Positions 44,116 to 52,157 of a DNA stretch of 52,157 nucleotides are shown here, piece after piece. A model generated the notes under the pieces. The model ran no database searches. It had not been told where the DNA came from and worked only from the letters and a program-made list of their open reading frames with translations. The position numbers and the translations under genes are program-made. The DNA comes from a virus (Duplodnaviria > Heunggongvirae > Uroviricota > Caudoviricetes), in the IMG/VR virus record IMGVR_UViG_3300026549_000047, positions 1 to 52,157 of that record; one strand, written 5' to 3'. Every line of letters begins with the position of its first letter. Positions within the stretch are counted from its first letter, which is position 1.

Positions 44116-47100
44116 TTAAAGATCTGTAAAATTATACGGATTAGTTAGTATTTCTTTATCGTATAGAAGTTTCTTTCGATTATCAATATTCTCTACAAGA
44201 CTCATAGCATATTCTGCATACTCGGGGGTTACTTGAATTAGACGTCTGGTTTGCTCATTGTAGAAAGAATAATACACATCCTCTCGTTCAAGAGCACCTA
44301 CATTTATTTTTACACTAGATTGTCAGTCCAGTATGAGTCTTAAAAAACTCCACACCCTCTCGGGTCGTGATAAGACTATATCATCACCTACGACTTTACG
44401 TTTAGGTGTCCCGCTTTTCGAGTGGTCATTAATGACTTACCACCCTACTCCTTTTCAAGATAGTCGTTGTCAGTTTTCACTAAGCGAATCATCTCTATTC
44501 TCAGGATTATTACACTTCGGTACCTGAGACCTAACGAGAAGTTTCCGCAACAACGGGATTTTCATTACATATTTCTACGTAATGGGACCAGTTTCATTAA
44601 TCCTTTGAAACGTCTAAATTTCTTACTCGTATCCATTCCCACACAAAATTGAGATCCTGGAATACGTGGATCACTTGGATAGAAATATTTTCCACCTTGT
44701 TCAAATATTGGAGATTCAGCAATATAAACCAAACCAAAATCGATCATAAACCTAGCAAACTTCAAGATAGTATACAATATACCTTTCTGGATGCTAAGTC
44801 CATCTTCATCGGCCATTTTGTTCAAGAAATATCGTCACTATTTCCCGGTTCTCTTATGAACTCCTGTATGTCTCCATACAGATCAGACTATATTTTTACC
44901 CACGTCTTGAACGTTTGGGTATCCTATCTTTCAAACAGCCATTATTGACTTGCTGTCTTACTCCCATAGAGGGATAGTCGTTGTCTTGTTATAAAATTAA
45001 TCTTCGTTATAGTAGTTAAAGTCTGTTTGATGCTTACTGTTAAGCCTAAAAGTAATTGCTTGTCTAGTAAGTCCATAATGTTTTGCACATTCAGTAATTG
45101 AATTATAAATAACTCCTTCAGCAATAACTTTAGTAGCCATAGCTTGACGTGTTAGTGGGTTATTCATATTTTCAGCTCTTGTACAAATTTTTAAATTAGT
45201 TGCTCTATTATTTTGTCGATTAGTATCGAGATGATCTACGTGCAGGTTTTTGTCAATAGGTTTATTATCATTTAGAAAAACCTCTGCGACTGCACGATGT
45301 ACACTATAGCCATTAAAAGATCTATATTTTCCATTACTATCTAATGCACCTAGAGAAATAATATTTTTTGTCTTTAAATTCCGAACCAAGCCAAGCGGAT
45401 GGACTTCAAATTTTCCTGAAAAATGCAATTTCCATAAACTATCATCAATTGTCTCACCAGACTTAAGATAGTTTTCTATGTCAATGTTTACAATTTTCCA
45501 ATAACGTCCGTGGTATTTTACTCCCTCTGTCGTTTTATCCCTTATTCCTCTTTTTCGCAGCGTAGGGTGATTGTATATATCCTCATTTGAATATATTCTG
45601 TCTAATTGAGTTAACTCTCTGTCGTAATATGCCTCAAACCTTAGGTTACTCGTAAAAACAGCCATTCTTTTGTTGTTATTATTTTCAGTGACTGTTACCC
45701 AGCGTAGATTAGATAAAGCATAATTATATTTATTTCTATCAATATGATCTACGCAGTCTTTATCTTCACTTAATCTGGGAATAAATATTATAGCCAGTAA
45801 TCTATGGACAGAGGGTCGTAAAGTAGTTCTACCAGAAGAATCTGTAGCCAATACATATGAAGGATATTCATTAGAGAACAATACATTCTTAATAGTTGTA
45901 TTGAATCCACTGACTTTCCTAAGTACACCATTCCTATTTATCTCAAATGAGTGTTTAGTATTTATATTCGGATATACTAATTTTATATTAAACCACTCAT
46001 CTTGTATATCATCATAGAAATAATCCATGATATATCCATTAGAAGGATTCCAACACACTATTTCGCCATTTATTTCTCCCACCCGATAAGTGCTTTGATC
46101 TATGGCTCTATGTTCCATAAATAGTGAGTTTAAATCAGAGTCTTTTAATTTATCCATTATATCTCTTCGTATCATAACCTGAAATTTATTTTTGATTAAT
46201 TTTATAACAAAGCGAATTGTCTGTATTCTTAGGATTGTTACTAAGAGTTAACTACACCTCTTTAGTACCTAAGACTTAACCAGAGTTCCTCGCAACAATA
46301 GGATTCCTTAGGTGTATCTCTACACCTTCAGACACAAACTTTCGTTTTATCTGTAGCTATTACTAACTTTCCGTAACGAGTTTTCTTTTTAATCATTTCA
46401 AAAGCCTCTTCTGGACTTTTAGCATCTTTAATAACAGAGTTAACTGAAATACCAAGACCCATAGTACTGAAAATCGTAAAATATTCAGTATTATCCATCA
46501 TCTTATCGGCATTACAGTCACTAGTATCAAGAACCTTGCCTTTGAGGCCGCACACGGCTTTATACTTTACATCTATAGCTTTTCTAGCAGCCTTCAATGA
46601 ACCAGCAGGACTATCGCCCTCTGTAATGAAGAGTTCACAATTCCATCTTTCGCTAGGTCCAGCAGTAGCATCAGCAAAACCTTTCTTTAAGGTTCCTTTC
46701 ACTCTGTAAATTCCATTACCTCCTGCTGCATCCATAATCTTTTGTGCCTTCTCAACGGCCCCTAGTGATTTATGTGCTTCAGCCAAGGAGTTAAGTTTCT
46801 CTACATGCAAGTCCCAATACTCAGGATTCTTCCTGAAGATTCTCTGGATGTCCTTAACAACTTCTATGAAGTCTGTTGGCTTAACTTTAGCTATACTTTT
46901 TACCCTCACTTTATTCTGTGAGTCAAAGATAGTCTCATTTGCCAACATAATCACACACATCTTTAGGCCTGCATCCAGGTAAGAGTGTTTGATTTTATAG
47001 AAGTCCTTAATAGCAGTTTTAAAGAGAGTCTCTGCAATTGTTATGTGTTGACCAGTACAATCTAGACCATTAACAGATCCAAACTCAACTTTAGGAGAAA

Positions 47101-47968
47101 GTTCAGGATCCGCCTCGAAGGTCATATAGATTCCTACTTCCTTGTTCATTGAATTATCTTTCGGAGTTATCGTTCGAAGTAATTCAAATTCATAGGGTCG
47201 GAAATCATTCTTAATAGTCTGTCCGTCAATTATTACATTAACATTTCGCTTGAAAAACTTCTCCTGAATCAAGAGGAAATACTGTAAATTCTTAACGGGA
47301 ATCTCAGGCTCAATGCTCTCGAAAATCTCTGGATCAAGTTGGAGAAGAACTATAGTTGAAAGTCCTTCTGGAATATGAACATAGTTCTTAGTTCCCTTGA
47401 AAATCATCTTCTCAAGATCCTTCAAACGCCCCGCTCCTTCATAGACTTTATAACCACGTTCAGTTACTACAATGTAGAATAAGTCTTTCTTACTTCTAGG
47501 TCCTGCATTCTCCCAACATTCCTTGACGGCGGGAATAGATCTATTATAATTATTCTCGGTTATCTTTGACATGAGCACGAACCTCGTTGAGGTAGCACTA
47601 CACAGGGAAATGCCAAGACCATTAAGACCAACACGAGCTACACCTTCTGTACTTTGAAACTTAGAACCTGAATGTAGTTCGCTAATGGCTAAGTATGCAG
47701 AAGTACGATCTGGAATATCCTTACTCATTACGATAGGAATTCCTCGACCATCATCCCCTACAAAACAATAACCATTAAGGTTAGTACTAATTAATACATT
47801 GTTTCCATAACCAGCTGCAATCTCGTCAGTGGCATTATCGATAACCTCACGTAGGGCTGTATTGGCAGCATTCTTATCATTGCCTCCAAGATACATACCT
47901 ACGCGCCGACGGACACATTCTGGAAATGGAAGATACTCAATTACTTCTTCACTAATTTCTTTTTTCAT
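44116..47968 (-). CDS. gyrB: Type IIA topoisomerase, GyrB/ParE-like subunit, three exons: 47968-46349, 44813-44600, 44300-44116; 672 aa spliced
   Basis: EVIDNATDE, DDGRGIP and TEGDS motifs. Splicing rebuilds TD|ADEDG and RFKG|LG. Exon lengths 1620+214+185 nt = 673 codons. Confidence 0.9.
44301..44599 (-). ncRNA. ORF-less group I intron (299 nt), gyrB intron 2
   Basis: P1 GGAU/GUCC; R element ACAACGACUA; S element GAUAUAGUCU; terminal G. Confidence 0.85.
44814..46348 (-). mobile_element. Group I intron (1535 nt) with homing endonuclease, gyrB intron 1
   Basis: P1 ACAGAU/GUUUGU; R element ACAACGACUA; S element AAAUAUAGUCU; terminal G before GCC GAT GAA GAT. Confidence 0.9.
44997..46175 (-). 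CDS. Intron-encoded homing endonuclease with two HNH domains and a C-terminal NUMOD1-like HTH
   Basis: VHRL...VDHIDRNKYNYALSNLRW; VHRA...VDHLDTNRQNNRATNL; YNSITECAKHYGL. Confidence 0.9.
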   Translation of the reverse strand: MIRRDIMDKLKDSDLNSLFMEHRAIDQSTYRVGEINGEIVCWNPSNGYIMDYFYDDIQDEWFNIKLVYPNINTKHSFEINRNGVLRKVSGFNTTIKNVLFSNEYPSYVLATDSSGRTTLRPSVHRLLAIIFIPRLSEDKDCVDHIDRNKYNYALSNLRWVTVTENNNNKRMAVFTSNLRFEAYYDRELTQLDRIYSNEDIYNHPTLRKRGIRDKTTEGVKYHGRYWKIVNIDIENYLKSGETIDDSLWKLHFSGKFEVHPLGLVRNLKTKNIISLGALDSNGKYRSFNGYSVHRAVAEVFLNDNKPIDKNLHVDHLDTNRQNNRATNLKICTRAENMNNPLTRQAMATKVIAEGVIYNSITECAKHYGLTRQAITFRLNSKHQTDFNYYNED

Positions 47969-48173
47969 AAAAATAAATTGACATATTTTCTCATTACATG
48001 GGAGGACCTTTAACCTCCCATAGGTAAGGTTATTTTGGCCCTAAAAACGCAAAATCTTCGTGTAGGGGTATACAGGGCGAATCCACTGTTTCCATTGGGA
48101 AGGAAGTTTATCAGTGAAGAGCTCTTTCCGAATATTGTAGGAACTGTAATGACCCATAAGACCAAGGTAGGAA

Positions 48174-49166
48174 TTAATGGCACTCACTAGATAATCTATC
48201 TTCAGTTGGGATATTCTTAAAGAGAACTTCTTCTAAGCGACCCCTAACTCGATTACCACAATACACACGTCCTGGCATGATCATAGAGCCGATAAACTTA
48301 ACTCCATGTCGGATGGGCTGTAAGTAGAATTTATCTCTGGATATAGTTAGGTCTAGATTATCTTTGGCAAAATCATAGATAAGTGGAGCTGATTCCAGAA
48401 GTAACTCCTTCGGACCAAACATAATAAAATCATCCACGTACCTGCAATACATTGGAATCCCTAGGTAAAACAGAATAAACCAGTCTAGAGGAGTCATATA
48501 AAAATTAGCAAAGACTTGAGAACTATAATTCCCAATAGGTAAACCTTTATCGGGAGGCAGAAAGAAAAGAGATTTTTCTTGAGGAAGGGCTTTAACCAAG
48601 CTAGGATCGCCTTTTCTTATACACCCTACAGTTGGATCAGAAAGAATAATAAGCCTAACTAGCCAAATCAAGTCTTCTAATTTCCTCTGATTATGATAGT
48701 TCTCCTTGATAAAATCAACTAATCGTTCCGCCAACAGAGACTTCCGGATGCTCATGAAAAAGCTCTTTACATCCATTTTCATAACATACCAATCCCTATC
48801 AATCAGTGAGGCTCGGTTAATATACTCCTCTGCAGCCACAACAGCAGCTAGGGTTCCTCGTGTGGGGAGACATGAATACGTATCCTTTACGAAGTACTGA
48901 AGAAACAGTGGAAGAAGTTCTCTGACTATCAAGTGATGTACGATTCTATCTATAAAAGCTGCTGCAAAAACTTCCCTAATCTTTGGGTCACAAATTATGA
49001 AAACAGTTGATGGAGAAGGTCTGTAGGTATGATTATTAATAGCATCAGTTAAGGCCATAAGCTTTGGAATGTAACCGCCAAAGATAAACTCTTGAGCGGC
49101 TTGTGTATTTTTCTTAGACTTGTAACAGTCTTTAAAAGCATCTAAGACTTCTTGATACGTGAACAT
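48174..49166 (-). CDS. DGR reverse transcriptase
   Basis: REVFAAAFIDRIVHH, GLPIGNYSSQ and RYVDD motifs; adjacent to TR and avd. Confidence 0.95.
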   Translation of the reverse strand: MFTYQEVLDAFKDCYKSKKNTQAAQEFIFGGYIPKLMALTDAINNHTYRPSPSTVFIICDPKIREVFAAAFIDRIVHHLIVRELLPLFLQYFVKDTYSCLPTRGTLAAVVAAEEYINRASLIDRDWYVMKMDVKSFFMSIRKSLLAERLVDFIKENYHNQRKLEDLIWLVRLIILSDPTVGCIRKGDPSLVKALPQEKSLFFLPPDKGLPIGNYSSQVFANFYMTPLDWFILFYLGIPMYCRYVDDFIMFGPKELLLESAPLIYDFAKDNLDLTISRDKFYLQPIRHGVKFIGSMIMPGRVYCGNRVRGRLEEVLFKNIPTEDRLSSECH

Positions 49167-49193
49167 AATAACGGGGACAGAAAATAAAAAGAT

Positions 49194-49283
49194 CTGAAGA
49201 AAGGTAACACATGGTTCCTGTAATTCAGGTAATCGTAATAGTTCCAGTTGTTCCAGTTACCATTACTGTTCAGGTTCCAAACC
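49194..49283 (-). repeat. DGR template repeat (TR)
   Basis: 90 bp aligned to 49899-49988; AAC/AAT-rich. Confidence 0.95.
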
Positions 49284-49411
49284 TCTCTTATGCTATTCTT
49301 AATTTTAGCGAGGCTTATTAAACCCTGCATAGCACCCTCTTTTTATTTGTTTATTTTAAGCTCACTAACCCACCATTGCAGAATAGGGCAATGTTTGTAC
49401 ATTTGTGAAGG

Positions 49412-49819
49412 TTAGTCTTCTTGCTCTTTTCCTCTAACATAAACATCGTGCAAGTAGTTTCTCCACCTAGTGGCCTGATCCTTTATCTTTGATAACCGTA
49501 TTAAAGGCTGATTGATATTATACCTTCCACTAACTGATAGTGCATTATCCTCAAGACAATCCTGAAGAGCTATTTCAATATGTGAAATTGTCTCTAAAAG
49601 TTCTTGAACTGCCTCATACTTACCCTTTATTTCTATTTTCCCTGAAGCATCAGCTATTAAGTATTTAATTTGACGAAGGAGTTTCCTTAGTTCATCGCCT
49701 ACGTCAAATCTATAATACCTCGACATCTGCTTAATTGATTCCCTCAACTCAGCGGACATAGAGGATGCCTCGGAGAAAATTTCTAATTCTGAATAATTTT
49801 TCTGTTTATTATCATTCAT
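49412..49819 (-). CDS. avd: DGR accessory variability determinant (Avd-like four-helix bundle)
   Basis: 135-aa helical protein between target and TR; YYRFDVGDELR and W near the C-terminus. Confidence 0.8.
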   Translation of the reverse strand: MNDNKQKNYSELEIFSEASSMSAELRESIKQMSRYYRFDVGDELRKLLRQIKYLIADASGKIEIKGKYEAVQELLETISHIEIALQDCLEDNALSVSGRYNINQPLIRLSKIKDQATRWRNYLHDVYVRGKEQED

Positions 49820-49863
49820 AAGTTTATGTTAAGTTTTATATTGATCGCTGTCCTTACAAAGTC

Positions 49864-49901
49864 CAGCTCTTATTTTTCATCACCCTTCCTCATAAGAGCT
49901 G
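49864..49901. other. Stem-loop at the 3' end of VR (DGR target-recognition hairpin candidate)
   Basis: CAGCTCTTAT/ATAAGAGCTG 10-bp stem with an 18-nt loop. Confidence 0.6.
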
Positions 49902-50881
49902 AAGAAAGGTAACACATGGGTCCCGCAACCCAGGTAACCGCAATAGCCCCAGCAGAGCCAGTAACCATCACTGAGCAGGCGCCAAACCGTGGTATTGTCT
50001 CTCACTGACGAAGACCAGTACCACGCAAAAGGCATTGGATCTAAGCCTAAGGCTGTTCGAGTTAAGTTCAGCTCTAAGAATTGTGAGAAAACATCCTTAA
50101 GCTCTTTAATAGCTGGGAGATAACCACCCACATTCTTAGCTGCTTCTATAGCAGGGAAGCTATAGTCTGGGTTATTGGCGAGAATGTTCTTCTGATTCTC
50201 TTCTCCAGCACTATCTTTCTCTGCTTCATCCCAACTCATCGGCTTTGGGGTGGATATAGTTCTAGAGTTATGACAAAACTCAAGGGCTTCGAAGTATTGG
50301 GTAGATACTACATGTCCGGCAACCTTAATACCGATCACCTTATCACCTTTCCTGGCTTGAACTGGGTTTAGGGTAACATCTCTACCATCGGCCAGTCTAA
50401 CTTCTGCTGTTTTTAGGAACTGATCGTGGAGAGGCTTTAAGGACCTCTGATAAAGAGCCTTATCTGCCTTGGTAATAGTATCCTTGCTTATGTATACTCG
50501 TGAGGCAGCTATCTGTCCTAAATCATCCTGTATCCAAATGTGAGTCCCGGCAGGTATGGTAGCTTTGAATATCTCACACCCCGAATAGTTTTCTAGGGCC
50601 TTCACTGGATTCAAGAAAGTATGTATTGCACCACCATCTAGGGAAAACTTAAATCCACACTTACTTATCGAAGGCTCTGGATTAGATGGTACCAGGTCTT
50701 GACCTATTTTAGCGGGATAGCCCTGTGAGGGAGTTTTATATCCTCTTCCGGATTTTGAGAGTGCTTTATAAACTGTAATCTCTTCTTTTGTTACAAATCC
50801 ATTTTTGTTTCCGATAAATAAACACATAAGTTCTAATTTGTTTGTTTCTATGGGTAAGGTGTTGAGAAAACGCGGGCCCAT
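49880..50881 (-). CDS. DGR target protein with C-terminal C-type-lectin-like variable domain
   Basis: YLPAIKEL...YWSSS followed by the VR-encoded TVWRLLSDGYWLCWGYCGYLGCGTHVLPFF. Confidence 0.9.
   Translation of the reverse strand: MGPRFLNTLPIETNKLELMCLFIGNKNGFVTKEEITVYKALSKSGRGYKTPSQGYPAKIGQDLVPSNPEPSISKCGFKFSLDGGAIHTFLNPVKALENYSGCEIFKATIPAGTHIWIQDDLGQIAASRVYISKDTITKADKALYQRSLKPLHDQFLKTAEVRLADGRDVTLNPVQARKGDKVIGIKVAGHVVSTQYFEALEFCHNSRTISTPKPMSWDEAEKDSAGEENQKNILANNPDYSFPAIEAAKNVGGYLPAIKELKDVFSQFLELNLTRTALGLDPMPFAWYWSSSVRDNTTVWRLLSDGYWLCWGYCGYLGCGTHVLPFFSSYEEG
49899..49988 (-). repeat. DGR variable repeat (VR)
   Basis: 19 mismatches to TR, all at TR adenines on the coding strand; the 3' 21 bp are identical. 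Confidence 0.95.
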
Positions 50882-51149
50882 TTTTGGCCGGGGCTGGTTT
50901 TGTGTGGCGCAGCAGGAGGGGCCAATGGAGTTGAGCGTCTGGAGCGTAAGCGGAAGAAAGCTCTCCTAATAGACATAGAAGAAGAAAAGAAATAATGAAG
51001 TCGGGCTGCCCTTCGCTCCGCTCGCCCACCACACCGCCCGACTACTCGGGAATTGAGAACAATTCCCTCCGCGACTTCAAGCAACCGAGGACTTCTCTTC
51101 GACCGTTAGGGAGAAAGAAGGACTGGTTGAGAAGAAGTAAGGCAGAGAA

Positions 51150-51572
51150 ATTTACATGAATATGTAACATTTTTTTTATATTTTTATGCAAAACCTATAA
51201 AGAGAAAAGAACAGAAAAAATGTTACATCTATGCTTTTTGTATATTAGGAAAATCTCCACTGGCAATTTTATTTTGTTACTCGAAAAACGTTACATAGTT
51301 TGATAGCATTTTCTTATCCGATACCTATACTAGAAATAACAGATGGTTTTCTTTTTATTATTTCTAGATGGAAAATTTTTTGGCCGAAATTACTTATATT
51401 TAGTTTTGCATAAAATTATCCAGGATTTTTTCCACTTAGTAGGTATTCTTGTCTTAAATTTTCTGTTTAAGAGAACATTTTTTTATATTTTTATGCAAAA
51501 CCTATAAAGAGAAAAGAACAGAAAAAATGTTCCCCTATTAAAGAATATATTTACATGAATATGTAACATTTT
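51150..51572. repeat. AT-rich non-coding region with direct repeats and TTACAT palindromes
   Basis: 54-bp repeat at 51171-51224 and 51478-51531; 24-bp repeat at 51150-51173 and 51549-51572 containing TTACAT-GAAT-ATGTAA. Confidence 0.85.
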
Positions 51573-51707
51573 CCTAGGAATTTGTTAATTTTTAGATTTT
51601 ACATGGAATAAGGAGAAAAGTGCTACATAAAAGGGAATCAGTTTTGGGTTAAAAAAAGAAGGGTGAGGACCTCTTTGTAGAGAATCCCCAGCCCTATTAG
51701 AGCTATT

Positions 51708-52157
51708 TTAATTAAGAGTTTTTATAATTTTTAATCCCCTCACTCTTTTTCCATTTTCCATAAGCGTTGTTTCTTCAATTTCAAACCATTTTCCTAGATC
51801 TACAGATTTAGCTGTAGCATTAATACCCACTTTTTCATAAATTCTTGCTAGTTTTTTCTTTACTTCAGCTCGGCTAATCTTATCTCCGATTGTAAATTCA
51901 GAATATACTAATAGTTCAAGTCCTCCTTGACTAGTTGTACATTTATCCTGCAACTCTTTATTTAGTAAAGCTATATTATAACCACAGGCTTTTAATCTAT
52001 CTTTCCCTAATGCTAGGTATTCTCGAACCTTTTCATCCATCTGACTTTCTACTATTTCTCTTGTCTTCTCACTTAGGTTTGTTTCACAGAGAAATCTTAA
52101 TTTATCAGATAATATGGTTTTTGATTCTATTTCCATTAGAGCTCTTTTAACTTCAGA
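51708..52157 (-). CDS. Hypothetical protein, C-terminal part (frame stays open past the right end)
   Basis: Seven open codons upstream of the listed ATG; probable winged-helix-like C-terminus. Confidence 0.7.
   Translation of the reverse strand, partial: SEVKRALMEIESKTILSDKLRFLCETNLSEKTREIVESQMDEKVREYLALGKDRLKACGYNIALLNKELQDKCTTSQGGLELLVYSEFTIGDKISRAEVKKKLARIYEKVGINATAKSVDLGKWFEIEETTLMENGKRVRGLKIIKTLN

Noticed and set aside
44116-47968. gyrB pseudogene or naturally split subunits
   Set aside because: Two group I introns give an uninterrupted 672-aa product with intact Toprim motifs.
47998-48021. 8-bp hairpin upstream of gyrB as a terminator
   Set aside because: No U-tract on the transcribed strand; function cannot be assigned.
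48174-49166. Group II intron or retron RT
   Set aside because: The TR/VR pair with adenine-only mismatches and adjacent avd identify a DGR; no msr/msd or maturase X domain seen.
49142-49330. 62-aa ORF across TR
   Set aside because: It is the in-frame translation of TR, which mirrors VR; no evidence it is a gene.

Overview
This window is a 52-kb segment of a large T4-like myophage genome; a Bacteroidales-type host is inferred, not proven. Almost all genes are on the minus strand. It carries the head, neck, tail-sheath and packaging module (portal, terminase, prohead protease, scaffold, major capsid, sheath), a two-subunit type IIA topoisomerase and a complete diversity-generating retroelement (target-VR, avd, TR, RT). 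Four group I introns interrupt the protease (151 nt), terL (171 nt) and the GyrB-like subunit (two introns, one encoding an HNH endonuclease); each splices into a restored reading frame. The most striking unexplained system is about 30 unrelated small or medium proteins sharing a ~10-aa N-terminal leader, M-I-I-L-R-x-K-x-[FY]-[SAGT]. The leader's end motif also recurs many times in the scaffold, protease and capsid proteins. I infer that it is a capsid-targeting and maturation signal for a polymorphic packaged cargo (GNAT, ADP-ribosyltransferase-like, zinc peptidase, SUKH-like, glycine-zipper peptides). The intergenic spaces of this cargo array hold two repeated element families: seven G10-12 hairpins upstream of leader genes, and seven covarying three-way-junction elements with an N-UCGA-N loop. 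All family assignments come from motifs recognised by eye; no database search was run.
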